From: a virus
Reading direction: 5' to 3' (one strand)
Virus record (IMG/VR): IMGVR_UViG_3300046007_003718
Span: 1-64,000 of that record
Length of the DNA stretch: 64,000 nucleotides
Positions 20,581-30,629 of this stretch are shown here, one piece after another; position 1 is the first letter of the stretch; each line of letters starts with the position of its first letter. Under the pieces are notes generated by a model that was not told where the DNA came from, did no database searches, and saw only the letters and a list, made by a program, of their open reading frames with translations. Position numbers and translations under genes: made by a program.

Positions 20581-21823
20581 TTTTCTTAGACTGCCTTTCT
20601 TGACGACGCCTTTGTGCGCGATTTGAAGTGACACCCTTAGAAATAGGAGTTGTGTTTCTGTTTTGTTCTTTTTTTAATACTTCTAATTTATCTTCAATTA
20701 CCTTTAAGGTAGGAGCCCAATATTTATTTGTAACTAAATCAGCATCATATTGGAGCGCTCCCTCGCGGGCTGTTTCCCGTAACTTCATACGATCTTCATT
20801 CGCCATATCGTATGCTTGTTCTAATCTATCCAGAATAGCCTCTGGATCTGGGATATATTGCGTGGCAGCAAGTTGTGTAATGTAAGGCACAGCCTCGTCC
20901 CTAGTCACTTCCCAACCTGCAAACAAAAGTTCTTCCATCGCGGTCCATCCACCAATAATGACAGGAGTTCCACATGCTTGAGCCTCCATAATTGGAATGC
21001 CAAAACCTTCACCCATCGTCGCTGACATAAGAACATCAGACGCATTATAGATATCTGCAACAAATTCTGGAGGATACCCTGCAATATACTGAAATTGCTC
21101 AGGAACAATAACAGCATCTTCTAGTTTTAGCATCTTTACTAGATCCCAAAGATTATAACCACCCACTTCTGGAGTCATTAGTGTGTGAAGATATAGTTTT
21201 GAATCTGGATGCTTTTTATGAAACTCACTAAACGCCTGCAATTGTTGTGGCCAAGCCTTGCGCGGCGGAATTCCCTTATTCATCGCTACAATAGACGCAA
21301 TAAAACAGTCCTGTGGAAGACCGATCTGCTTACGAGCAACTTCTCTCATCTTGGGCTTAAATAGTTCAGTATCTACTCCGTGTGGAACATACTCAACTTC
21401 TAAGTCTCGCTCTTTAGCAGCCTCAACACCCGATTTGGAATAAGCAATAGCAACCATCGCACGCTTAAGACGCTCATAAACACCATCAGGCATAGGTTCG
21501 TGATCTACGGGGAACCACGGGACAAAAGGGACGCCTTCCATGTGTGGACCATCAAGATTCATAACCCAAGTATCATAAAGGGTCAATAGAATATCAGCCT
21601 TCCACGCCTTGGCGTAAAAACCCATAATATCCTGACCATGTGCATCAAATGCACCAGAAAAAACGGGGACTCCCTGCCAATCAAGTCGGCCACCTTGGAG
21701 TCCCCAAAAAGCAGTTATAGACATTTCATGCCCAAGTTCCTTAATGCGAGGGACAAATAGGGCCGTTTGATTAGAATAGCCTGACGGACCCCAAGGGGCA
21801 TTACTAAACCAATTGATTCTCAT
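20573..21823 (-). CDS. Glycosyltransferase, GT-B fold (GT4-like)
   Basis: PHGVD and RK motifs; EGFGIPIMEAQACGTPVI (EX7E). Confidence 0.92.
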   Translation of the reverse strand: MRINWFSNAPWGPSGYSNQTALFVPRIKELGHEMSITAFWGLQGGRLDWQGVPVFSGAFDAHGQDIMGFYAKAWKADILLTLYDTWVMNLDGPHMEGVPFVPWFPVDHEPMPDGVYERLKRAMVAIAYSKSGVEAAKERDLEVEYVPHGVDTELFKPKMREVARKQIGLPQDCFIASIVAMNKGIPPRKAWPQQLQAFSEFHKKHPDSKLYLHTLMTPEVGGYNLWDLVKMLKLEDAVIVPEQFQYIAGYPPEFVADIYNASDVLMSATMGEGFGIPIMEAQACGTPVIIGGWTAMEELLFAGWEVTRDEAVPYITQLAATQYIPDPEAILDRLEQAYDMANEDRMKLRETAREGALQYDADLVTNKYWAPTLKVIEDKLEVLKKEQNRNTTPISKGVTSNRAQRRRQERQSKKNG

Positions 21824-21849
21824 TTTTCTCCTGACTTAACTTATATAAA

Positions 21850-22137
21850 TTAAATAATTAATTCGCCAACTACATATGGTGAACTGCCGGTTGCTGTCTT
21901 AACGAATAGTGGGCCAGTATAACCCTCAACTTCAACCATGACTGTACCAGCAGCAACATAAAGGGCACTTCCAGCCGCGACTTGTGCTGATGAAAACCCG
22001 TAGTAAAGACCAGCAGTACCTGTTTGAATGTATAGGCGCTGCCGATCCTTCTCAGCATCTACCGCTTGGGTAGCCGCTGTACCTGCTGTTCCTAATGTAA
22101 TTGTACCAGACCTAGTTCTATTAATTTTTGAACTCAT
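21850..22137 (-). CDS. Small virion-associated protein
   Basis: GTA-rich beta protein in the head cluster. Confidence 0.5.
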   Translation of the reverse strand: MSSKINRTRSGTITLGTAGTAATQAVDAEKDRQRLYIQTGTAGLYYGFSSAQVAAGSALYVAAGTVMVEVEGYTGPLFVKTATGSSPYVVGELII

Positions 22138-22138
22138 A

Positions 22139-22591
22139 TTAAATTCCTAGTTCGGCGCTGACTTCTGAATCGTCAGAGTTTCCTTCAATGCGAAGTTCTG
22201 AAAGAGTCTTGCCATCTCCATCATCTGGGCGGCTTCCCATAACTCTTTCTGAACCAGCAAAGCCTGCTGTGTCAACAGGAATGCGAAGAGCATCTTGCTC
22301 AATTTCCATTTCAACGGGGAGTTTCTTTTCCTCACCCTTGCTGTCAACATGAAAAATTTCTTGTTGCTTCGCTTGCTTAATAGGCTCATGCCACTTAGCA
22401 TTGATTCTTTCTTGATACTGTACTTTTGTAATTTCTTCAACCAATAGCCCAACTGAAGGAGCAAATTTCGCACTTTGAAATTGCTCGTCTGAAACCTCAG
22501 CAACATCTCTGTCCCCACGGGGGCCTAGATTAATGTCTGCAATTCTTACTGAATTCGGTGTGAGATTTCTAATGTATCTTACCTTAGCCAT
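22139..22591 (-). CDS. Hypothetical protein (head cluster)
   Basis: ORF with AAGGAG RBS downstream of the capsid gene. Confidence 0.6.
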   Translation of the reverse strand: MAKVRYIRNLTPNSVRIADINLGPRGDRDVAEVSDEQFQSAKFAPSVGLLVEEITKVQYQERINAKWHEPIKQAKQQEIFHVDSKGEEKKLPVEMEIEQDALRIPVDTAGFAGSERVMGSRPDDGDGKTLSELRIEGNSDDSEVSAELGI

Positions 22592-22628
22592 AATTTTTCT
22601 TTCTCCTTAGCCTTACTTTAAAATAAAA

Positions 22629-22659
22629 TAGGGGGGATGATAATTTACCATCCCCCCTA
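22629..22659 (-). terminator. Intrinsic terminator after the major capsid gene
   Basis: TAGGGGGGATG/CATCCCCCTA hairpin followed by a T-rich tract on the minus strand. Confidence 0.7.
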
Positions 22660-22701
22660 CTGTATCAAACATTTAAAATATAATCAAGCAAATTACTACT
22701 A

Positions 22702-23673
22702 TTAAGCCTTGACAATCTTGGCAAGACCTCTGGGGTTGAGGATAAGCATTCCGATCAACTCATCCATTACCCAACCACGGTAGAATTGCTCAACTTGGTT
22801 GTTCTCTTCAACGTCAAGTGAGTACATGACGGGCATGACACCCAAGAAGTTGGGGTCTGGGACTAGGTATACGTTACCGGGTGAAATCATGATTGACTTC
22901 TGAATGGTGAACTCACCAAACTCAGTAATCATGCCACCACCGAATACGGTGTCCTTGAACTGCCAACCAGTTACGTTAATGTCCCATGAGTAGAGGTCAC
23001 GAACGTCAGCGGGATTCATAAGAATGCGCTTGGTTTCGATTTGACGCTGCTCTAGGTTAGCAACTAGGTCGTAGAAGTCAACAACTTCAAGAGGATTACC
23101 TGCACCAATTGACTTGGTGGTTGAACCAGTTCCACCTGCACCAGCATAGCGGTTTGGTTCCTTAGCAGCCCAGTCAGTTACGGCGGTGTCAAGTAGAGTC
23201 AGGAGGCGTGAGTCCTCTTGACGCTGAATGGCTTGACGACACTCATCTTGGGCGTACTCAATAGCGTTTACACGAAGGTAGTATAGGTCTTCCTTGCGTA
23301 CACGGGGGAACGCAGCGACACGGAAGAGTCTTGGGTAGACCTGCTTACCCTCAAATGGGGTGATCTTGATTTCTGAGTCAGTCTGGTTAAGAACATAAGC
23401 CTGTCCAAAGTCATCAAGAACGTCGTAAGGCAAGAGTGGACCCTTTTCCAAGGTGTCTTCTACAAGCACGTTACGAACGATACCTTCATAACGAAGACGA
23501 ATCTGAATTGGACCAATCATTGCGACACCCAGACGCTTCATAGCGTTTGACTTGTCTGAAAGAATGGTCTGTAGTTTTGCCTTCTTTTGTTCGTTTGTTA
23601 GTTTTGGCATACCAGCAAGTTTTTGAACGTAGTCATTGCTGTTAATTGCCTGTCTTGCTTCATCCATTATCAT
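22702..23673 (-). CDS. Major capsid protein
   Basis: Bxz1-like capsid pattern (GPIQ..LRYEG..RNVL.ED.L..G; GWVMDELIGM.ILNPRG); biased codon usage; terminator follows. Confidence 0.9.
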   Translation of the reverse strand: MIMDEARQAINSNDYVQKLAGMPKLTNEQKKAKLQTILSDKSNAMKRLGVAMIGPIQIRLRYEGIVRNVLVEDTLEKGPLLPYDVLDDFGQAYVLNQTDSEIKITPFEGKQVYPRLFRVAAFPRVRKEDLYYLRVNAIEYAQDECRQAIQRQEDSRLLTLLDTAVTDWAAKEPNRYAGAGGTGSTTKSIGAGNPLEVVDFYDLVANLEQRQIETKRILMNPADVRDLYSWDINVTGWQFKDTVFGGGMITEFGEFTIQKSIMISPGNVYLVPDPNFLGVMPVMYSLDVEENNQVEQFYRGWVMDELIGMLILNPRGLAKIVKA

Positions 23674-23679
23674 ACTCTC

Positions 23680-24228
23680 CTAGGCACTCAGTAGTTCGAT
23701 TACGATCTTGCTAGCACTTACATAGTCAATAAGTCTTGCAACTGCCACGTTGCTGTCTACTTGTGCATTATTAAGAAGACCGTTAGCGTCGGCGTATAGT
23801 TTACGGTCAGCGTCTGTGTCTTCGTCAGAAGCGGTAATATTTGAGTTAAAAGCGGGTGCTAGAACTTCAAAGACGGCTGCTGGTCCACGCCATACACCGA
23901 CTTCAGTAAAGTCACCAACTTCATCAAAATCTCCACCGATAAAATTACCAAACAACCCGAATGGGGAAAGGACAGTTCCACCAGTTGCTACACACACAAC
24001 CTCACCAGCGGGGGCGAGAGCGGCGACCATACCGGGGAAAATAGGTCCATTTCCAGCAGTACCGGGTGCGGTTCCTGAACCCTTTGAAAAGGATCCAGTG
24101 CTAGTACCAGCAGTACCATAAGTGTTTGCAGACAGAACGGCGGCGTAGGGATACGCTTGAGTCTGAGCATACAAAGCACGGAGGGTACGTTGCTGATTTG
24201 CTGCTGAAATATTTTGAATTCGAAGCAT
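23680..24228 (-). CDS. Capsid decoration / cement protein
   Basis: Between scaffold and capsid genes; IFPGMV and PFGL motifs. Confidence 0.7.
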   Translation of the reverse strand: MLRIQNISAANQQRTLRALYAQTQAYPYAAVLSANTYGTAGTSTGSFSKGSGTAPGTAGNGPIFPGMVAALAPAGEVVCVATGGTVLSPFGLFGNFIGGDFDEVGDFTEVGVWRGPAAVFEVLAPAFNSNITASDEDTDADRKLYADANGLLNNAQVDSNVAVARLIDYVSASKIVIELLSA

Positions 24229-24299
24229 TTAAATCTTCCTCCTAAAAACCTTTTGAATTAATAATTCTCACAAATTGAGAATTGGATGCTACTTAAAAA

Positions 24300-26771
24300 T
24301 TAGTTAAAGATCGCGTCGTCTGGAACGCTACCACTTGTTGAAGCAACTGATGACTCCTTAACACCCTTGAAGGATGGGAAACCAGCCAACTTCTTAGCAG
24401 GAGCCTCTTTCTTTCCAAGTCCAGCCTCTTTAATCTTTACTAAGGTTTCGTACTTGGCCTCAACGATTGAGGGTTCTTCATTTTCTAACTCAGCGACTCT
24501 TGCATACTTCATTTCCGCCTCGTTAAGACCTAATTCAACTTCTAGGTCTGCGAGTTTAATTGCAGAAAGTACCGTAGATTCACGGCCCTTACCCGGCAAT
24601 TGTGCGTGATGTTCTGAAATACCCTTAGTACCACCCTCATCTGCATACTGAGGCTTTTCAACCTCTTTCTTGACTGGAGCATACTGCTCTGGCATGGTGT
24701 CTGGGTTGTGATTCTTAATATCTTTTGTATTACCCTCGTCGGCATACTGTGGTTGCTCAACTTCCTTCTTTACACTCTGATATTGTTCAGCCATTTCAGA
24801 AGGCTGGTGTTCAGAGATACCTGAAGATTCGTTGTTTTTGTCACCCTTAAATTGTGGGGTGCTTTCGCCACCATTTGGCTGATTAAGTCCGGGTAATTCA
24901 CCAAGAGCAACTTTGGTAGTGCTTTCAACTGGCTTAGTCTGGTCAGAAATGACTTTTTCGCCTCTTGGGCGATCTGACGCAGGCTTTCCATCTTCTACCA
25001 GCGGAGTTGCACTTGAAGAGGCGCTTGCTTCCTTTTCAGGAACTGTCCACCCGAGTTCGGCTAGATATTCATCGCCGGGGACTTCTTCAACGTCTGCCGC
25101 AAGTGTTATATTTGCTTTTTTAGTATTCATCGTACTATTAACACTCCGTATTTCATTCTTTGATAGTGTTTTTTTCAATCTATCAATAAGGCTCTTGGTA
25201 TCAGACCTGAACTCTTCTTTGTTCTGTTCTTTCTTACGATCAAACGCCTTAGCCTTTGACAAATCTGGATCTGCTAATGGTGCTGGAGGTTCTTGATAAC
25301 CACATTTTTCACACCTACCAGACTCATCATCTAAACCACATTCCCCGGCAAGTCCAATTGGACAAGGTTTGTCACTTTTAAGTGTGTCAATCCTGCTAGG
25401 TGCAGTTATAGATTCCCCATACTTTTCTGTATTCATGTTTGAAACTCTTTCATATGGAGATGTATCAATATTATCCTCTAAACTTTGTGTTTCGGTATTC
25501 GCTGCTTTTAAGTTATAGTTCCCATTAACTGCCGATTCGATGCCATCTTCATATGCTTTCATATATTGATGCATATTTGAATCGTGAGGTTCTACTCCTA
25601 AATATTCTGCCATTTTAACAGAATCAAACTCAGGCACTTCTACGGGGCTATAGTGGTATGACTCTCCAGCATGAAATGCTTTCTTTGTTAAGTCATTTTC
25701 TGCATATCCAACTTTGGCAGTCTTAGCGTGGATACCGACTTCATTTAACCAACTTTTATCCTCATTAGTCATATCTACGGCTGGAATTAAAGAAGTGGCT
25801 TCAACTTCTGTTTGGCCACCATCATCCCATTGCACTTTATATGTCTTGAAAGAATCTCCATATTCATCGGAGTTCATTTCTTCAACATAATTCACAACAC
25901 CCTCTTTACCAGATTCAGAATCTTTTACTTTGTCTCCTGCGGAAAAATTACTATCCATAGAAGCGTTTTTTATAATCGGTTCTGTAAACAATGCGGTAAC
26001 GTCTGCGGGATCAAAAACAGCAGAAATCTCAAAAAAGTTAACATTATAACAGTCTTCATAAGCCAACTTATCAATACTTCCAGTTTTAAACGTTGTACCT
26101 TTTCTCTTGATGTGGCTACAATAATCTTCTACCGTAGCCGCTTTGTGGTTACAGATAGAACAAAGAGTGTGTTCAACGTTACAACCCATAGAAACTGCAT
26201 TAACTTTACCATCAAATAATGCCTTTGCTAGTTTAGGAAAAGATTTTCCATCAACTTCTAGCAAAAGTTCAATCCAAGTTTCTGGACGATGATTATCTGG
26301 CGCACTTGACCAATAAGAATCAGATGCAAGTCTTTGAGGATTCTCAATGTGAAGCATTGCATCAACCACAACGCCCCTCGCCCTCTGTGGGTCTGAATTG
26401 TTGTGATCAATAAAAACAGGTCTTCCTACGAAAGTTCTAAATCCATAATCACCCTTAGATTTAATTTCAGAACTTTCACCAGTAAACGTTAACTTACTGA
26501 TACCACCATTTTCAGAAGTCTTTGCTAATTTAGAAGCGACCTCTCTAAAATCTTTTTCATCCATACCTGCGAGTTCATTCACAGGCCAGCCATCAAAATT
26601 CTTGTTGACGCGGGAAGAAATAGCACGAACTTTGACATAAATATACCCATCACCAGTACGATAAGTATCTTTTGGAATATGATCGAAAGAAGATAACTTT
26701 GCATTGCCTTCGATCTTCTCATCTGCACTTTTAACTTCAATAACTTCACAACTGGTATATTTAGTTAACAT
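24300..26771 (-). CDS. Prohead protease fused to Zn-finger and scaffold regions
   Basis: FIDHN, RG.V.D and VSMGC protease motifs; CSIC...YCSH; acidic repetitive C-terminus. Confidence 0.8.
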   Translation of the reverse strand: MLTKYTSCEVIEVKSADEKIEGNAKLSSFDHIPKDTYRTGDGYIYVKVRAISSRVNKNFDGWPVNELAGMDEKDFREVASKLAKTSENGGISKLTFTGESSEIKSKGDYGFRTFVGRPVFIDHNNSDPQRARGVVVDAMLHIENPQRLASDSYWSSAPDNHRPETWIELLLEVDGKSFPKLAKALFDGKVNAVSMGCNVEHTLCSICNHKAATVEDYCSHIKRKGTTFKTGSIDKLAYEDCYNVNFFEISAVFDPADVTALFTEPIIKNASMDSNFSAGDKVKDSESGKEGVVNYVEEMNSDEYGDSFKTYKVQWDDGGQTEVEATSLIPAVDMTNEDKSWLNEVGIHAKTAKVGYAENDLTKKAFHAGESYHYSPVEVPEFDSVKMAEYLGVEPHDSNMHQYMKAYEDGIESAVNGNYNLKAANTETQSLEDNIDTSPYERVSNMNTEKYGESITAPSRIDTLKSDKPCPIGLAGECGLDDESGRCEKCGYQEPPAPLADPDLSKAKAFDRKKEQNKEEFRSDTKSLIDRLKKTLSKNEIRSVNSTMNTKKANITLAADVEEVPGDEYLAELGWTVPEKEASASSSATPLVEDGKPASDRPRGEKVISDQTKPVESTTKVALGELPGLNQPNGGESTPQFKGDKNNESSGISEHQPSEMAEQYQSVKKEVEQPQYADEGNTKDIKNHNPDTMPEQYAPVKKEVEKPQYADEGGTKGISEHHAQLPGKGRESTVLSAIKLADLEVELGLNEAEMKYARVAELENEEPSIVEAKYETLVKIKEAGLGKKEAPAKKLAGFPSFKGVKESSVASTSGSVPDDAIFN

Positions 26772-26779
26772 TAATTACC

Positions 26780-27037
26780 TCAAATCGCCGTTCCTGATTG
26801 AACTTCAATCTTTTCGTTTTGATACCGATAGAGTGCTGTCCCGTTTGAATGTTCAAACAACTGAGATAAAGTATCTTGAGTTTGATAAGAAAGTTGTTTA
26901 ATCAAAGCAATTGCTGCTCTTTCTTGCTTTTCGGGCAAATGCATTCCTTCTATAACAGAACACATTTTGCCGCGCAAACTATTCATTTCTCTAATTGCGA
27001 ATTCAGACGCAGGAACCCAATCGTTTCTTTGAATCAT
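26780..27037 (-). CDS. Hypothetical protein
   Basis: Tightly packed ORF in the operon. Confidence 0.55.
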   Translation of the reverse strand: MIQRNDWVPASEFAIREMNSLRGKMCSVIEGMHLPEKQERAAIALIKQLSYQTQDTLSQLFEHSNGTALYRYQNEKIEVQSGTAI

Positions 27038-27038
27038 G

Positions 27039-27629
27039 TTACTTCTTTAATTTTGCAATAAAACTAGTTTTAGTTTCTGATACACTGGCAATTCGATATC
27101 CAGCAAAGGAACTGTCAGAAGAAAGAAGTTCTTCAACTTCAGCAGTTGCTGAAGCAAGAGTCATTCCATACTCTTTCTCTCTTTCTAGATCCATTCCTTC
27201 GCCCTCTTCTTCACCCTCTTCATCTTCTGGGCCAAAATCTGGACGAACTTCGTCTTCAGTTTCTTCAGATTCTTTAATTTGAGAAACAAGTTCTTCTACC
27301 TTATCTAAGGCATCTTGAAGTTGTCCCATTAAATCACCTTGCTTACCTTCTTCAGCCTCATACTGAGTATCAGGCTCGTCATCTGCTCCGGGAGAGGGAA
27401 TCTCAACATCTTCAGGAGAGGGAATCTCATCCATCGCCATCTCTTCAGCGGGGACTTTATCTTGAACATTCTGATTTTGGTATGCTTCTCTTTGAATAAA
27501 AGCAATCCAACCATTGTTTGATTCTTTCAATCCGCGCACTTCATATTCTGGATAAGCATCACGGAAAGTATTTAACGCTTCACGATATGAGGCTTCTCCC
27601 TCAATGTGAGCAATTGCGGTTTTGTACAT
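27039..27629 (-). CDS. Acidic head-associated protein
   Basis: AAGGAG RBS; very acidic; upstream of the protease gene. Confidence 0.6.
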   Translation of the reverse strand: MYKTAIAHIEGEASYREALNTFRDAYPEYEVRGLKESNNGWIAFIQREAYQNQNVQDKVPAEEMAMDEIPSPEDVEIPSPGADDEPDTQYEAEEGKQGDLMGQLQDALDKVEELVSQIKESEETEDEVRPDFGPEDEEGEEEGEGMDLEREKEYGMTLASATAEVEELLSSDSSFAGYRIASVSETKTSFIAKLKK

Positions 27630-27685
27630 AAAAACTCCTTGTTCTATCTGTAACTATTTATTATTAAGCAGGAAACTTCAAAACC

Positions 27686-27823
27686 TTAGTTTTTGCTAGT
27701 TTTTTTGTTTTCTAATTCTCTTATTTGTTCTTCTAACTTCTGAACATAATTCTCTAAATTAAGAATTGACAATTGTAATTGTCCTACTAACATTGATATT
27801 TTTTCTAATGTCAAATGTTCCAT
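27686..27823 (-). CDS. 45-aa coiled-coil protein (not in the ORF track)
   Basis: MEHLTLEKISMLVGQLQLSILNLENYVQKLEEQIRELENKKTSKN, heptad pattern, follows the fibre gene. Confidence 0.5.
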   Translation of the reverse strand: MEHLTLEKISMLVGQLQLSILNLENYVQKLEEQIRELENKKTSKN

Positions 27824-27843
27824 ATACTATTTAACCTAACTTT

Positions 27844-28584
27844 TTATGTTTTGATGATATATTGTAAAGTCATGTAAGGTGGGTTTGCAGCACCAGTTTG
27901 ATCAGTTCCAGAAGAGCCTGTAAGATTTGCCGAGGCTGTTCCGGTGTTTGCAGAAGATGGTGGACCCGTACTTCCCGTATATTCAATGGCTGATCCAGAA
28001 AAACCGGGGGTATTACTATTGGGCAATCTAATGGGGTGAAAGTGACTAAAAGAAGAAACTTCTGCAAAACTTCTATTTACTGTAAAATTTGCTGGCACAT
28101 TGGAAAAGGTTACATTTTGTAATACAGTTCTATATGCTTCACTATTTGTATAAATACCATCTATGCTTGTATTTATATCAGGTAAAGATAAATATAAATT
28201 ATGAGAATGATTCATTCCGTGAGAGTGATTTTGCATAGAATGAGTGTGACTGCTCATATTGTGGGTGTGAGAAGGGCCAGAGTGAGTGTGATCAAAACTT
28301 CCCCCAGTAACTCCAACAGCAGTACCGCTGGCAGTTGTCCCAAAGCCAAGGACCATTCTTCTTCTTAAATCAGGAACATTAAATGTAGAGCCTGCCCCAC
28401 CATATGTTACTCCAATGACTGAAAAAAGATTTGGGTAACTTGCCGTTCCGTGCGTTTCGCCGTTACAAAAAAGCCAACCAGTAGGGGGAGTTGAAGAAGT
28501 CCCACCATATGGCATGATAACTCCCGATGGAAGGTAAAAAGACTCTTTTGGTTCATCTGATAAAATATCACCGAAATCTGCCAT
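27844..28584 (-). CDS. Fibre protein with tail-collar domain
   Basis: P.G.IMPYGG...PTGWLFCNG...Y.NLF.VIG.TYG...FNVPDLR, HxH repeats, PPY..L.YIIK. Confidence 0.9.
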   Translation of the reverse strand: MADFGDILSDEPKESFYLPSGVIMPYGGTSSTPPTGWLFCNGETHGTASYPNLFSVIGVTYGGAGSTFNVPDLRRRMVLGFGTTASGTAVGVTGGSFDHTHSGPSHTHNMSSHTHSMQNHSHGMNHSHNLYLSLPDINTSIDGIYTNSEAYRTVLQNVTFSNVPANFTVNRSFAEVSSFSHFHPIRLPNSNTPGFSGSAIEYTGSTGPPSSANTGTASANLTGSSGTDQTGAANPPYMTLQYIIKT

Positions 28585-28585
28585 A

Positions 28586-29380
28586 CTACGCTCCTAGAAT
28601 TCCATTATCTTTAAGATCATTAATTAGATTGCCAACAATATCTGCGAGTTGATAAACTGATACCGATTCTGCATCGTATGTTTTAACTCCCGGAGTTACA
28701 TTAGACACATTCCAGCCGGTTGAAGAAGGAGAGCCAAGGGAAACAGATCCTGTAATTATCACATTAGCATCAATCGTCAACTCTGCGCTGCCAGATCTAT
28801 AAATTGAGGCATCTGATACTGAAGTGCCTGAACTCCAGTTCATATCACCTTCTGATGTGATAGAAAGAGTGGGGGCTGTTCCCGCTGAACTTATAACATT
28901 TAAAGCAGTTCCTCCAGCATTTCTATTAATTCCAAACAGAGCATTTGTATCAATTTTATTTGTTGGAGATGATTGTGCTGTAAAAGTTACAGTTCCATTT
29001 AAAAATTGCACACTTCCACTAGTGACTCTGAGTGTGCTATCGGTTGATAAGATTGAAGTTCCGGCTCTGTAAAGATTTGTATCTGTGGTAACACCACCAC
29101 TTCCCCAATTTACAGTTCCACCGGCTTTTATATTTAGACGATCTTCAGTATCAGCAGTTCCATACCGAATGGTCAATACAGAATCTGAAAGATTAACTGT
29201 TCCTAGAAATCTTACTTGTTCAGCCTCATCACCTGAGATTTCCCAAGTCTTTTTTAAAAGTTTAGAGTCAATTATACTCCAATTAGTGTATAACTGAGTG
29301 TGATTATAAAGATCTGATCCATCTTCCCATGAATATAAACCTAATTGTGATGTTTCTTCAGCAACTCCAGCGGTGCCCAT
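28586..29380 (-). CDS. Fibre / minor structural protein
   Basis: Two WGSG...D..(L/I)YR repeats; C-terminal LINDL...GIL. Confidence 0.6.
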   Translation of the reverse strand: MGTAGVAEETSQLGLYSWEDGSDLYNHTQLYTNWSIIDSKLLKKTWEISGDEAEQVRFLGTVNLSDSVLTIRYGTADTEDRLNIKAGGTVNWGSGGVTTDTNLYRAGTSILSTDSTLRVTSGSVQFLNGTVTFTAQSSPTNKIDTNALFGINRNAGGTALNVISSAGTAPTLSITSEGDMNWSSGTSVSDASIYRSGSAELTIDANVIITGSVSLGSPSSTGWNVSNVTPGVKTYDAESVSVYQLADIVGNLINDLKDNGILGA

Positions 29381-29420
29381 TCAAATCTCCTAAGAGTGTT
29401 GTCCTTTTATTAAAATACCG

Positions 29421-29825
29421 CTAAACCCACTTTTCATGATCATCTTTTATAACATAACCATTTTGTTCATATTTATCATGAATTTTTCGGCAAATCTTCT
29501 CAGCAGAATTGCTTGCTAAAACAAAAGGTGTGCCAAAAAAATATGGGTTTTCTTTAAATTCTTTACAACTGACTTGTGCTAGCCATTCTTCAGAAACAGA
29601 ACTGAAATTATCAACTATTTCTTCTTGGAAGAAGTTTTTGATATCTTCGTCTTGAAAAAATTGTAAGATGTAATGATCATCATTGTGATCAGATATTGCA
29701 ATGACTCCAACGGCAACTAGATGGTCCTCCTGACTGGGATATCGTGCATAAATGGTGGAGTAAGTATATCTTTTGTTTACATCAACTGGTGGAAAGTAAC
29801 AAAAGAATTCCTCACTCGCAGACAT
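29421..29825 (-). CDS. Hypothetical protein
   Basis: Packed ORF. Confidence 0.5.
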   Translation of the reverse strand: MSASEEFFCYFPPVDVNKRYTYSTIYARYPSQEDHLVAVGVIAISDHNDDHYILQFFQDEDIKNFFQEEIVDNFSSVSEEWLAQVSCKEFKENPYFFGTPFVLASNSAEKICRKIHDKYEQNGYVIKDDHEKWV

Positions 29826-29826
29826 T

Positions 29827-30606
29827 CTATAACCATTCTTCTTCTACGAATTCTTTCATAAGACGCTCTTCCCAGTTTTGACCCAATTCTTCTGAAAGCG
29901 CTTTTTGCATTGAGGATCTGGCGAGTCTTGTCCTTTCGGCTGGATCTGCCTCTGGTGCGCGGCCCAATTCAAACATATTGTTATTATGACGGTGCATCTC
30001 TAAACCATCATGCACATAAATCCCACGACCATCACGGCGAGCCTGCCATGAGTAGTAAAGATCTGTTCCATGAATGTGCAGCCTTGGATCTAACCAGTCT
30101 ACCTCGTCAAACCAGTCTGCTCTAAACAAGGCGCATGAGTGTTCCATAAACCACGTTCTGCGGGGGCCACCCGTTCCGCGATTTCTTAGTTGTTGCCAAA
30201 AGCCAATAGACTCTTCATCATGGGCTGCTTGAATTATAACTGCATTCTCATCTTCTTGCAAGTAGTTGTATAAATCAAGCAAAGGATCAACTCCGTTATC
30301 TAAGAGTTGACCTGTTGTGGTCATGATGAAGTAAGCAAAATACTTTTCGTCATTAAGGGCTTCTAGCGACTTAGCATATGAAAGACCCATTCGATATCCA
30401 TGAGTTGCCCTAAGATTGTAATCTAAATAAACCATATGAACATTTTCATCATCAAAATCATCTGGGGCAAAAGACCAGTTTACGTCTGATCCATTTTCAA
30501 CAACGATAATATCCATCGGTACTTTAGATGTTTTTAAAACCTTAATATTGTGTTCTATTATCTCTACCATGTTGTAATTCAACATAATAACTGCAACTTT
30601 TTGCAA
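29827..30606 (-). CDS. Glycosyltransferase, GT2-like
   Basis: VIMLNYN...IIVVENGS N-terminus; lacks the usual DxD (reads MTTT). Confidence 0.8.
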   Translation of the reverse strand: MQKVAVIMLNYNMVEIIEHNIKVLKTSKVPMDIIVVENGSDVNWSFAPDDFDDENVHMVYLDYNLRATHGYRMGLSYAKSLEALNDEKYFAYFIMTTTGQLLDNGVDPLLDLYNYLQEDENAVIIQAAHDEESIGFWQQLRNRGTGGPRRTWFMEHSCALFRADWFDEVDWLDPRLHIHGTDLYYSWQARRDGRGIYVHDGLEMHRHNNNMFELGRAPEADPAERTRLARSSMQKALSEELGQNWEERLMKEFVEEEWL

Positions 30607-30629
30607 TTTAAACTCCTGACTTTATTTTA

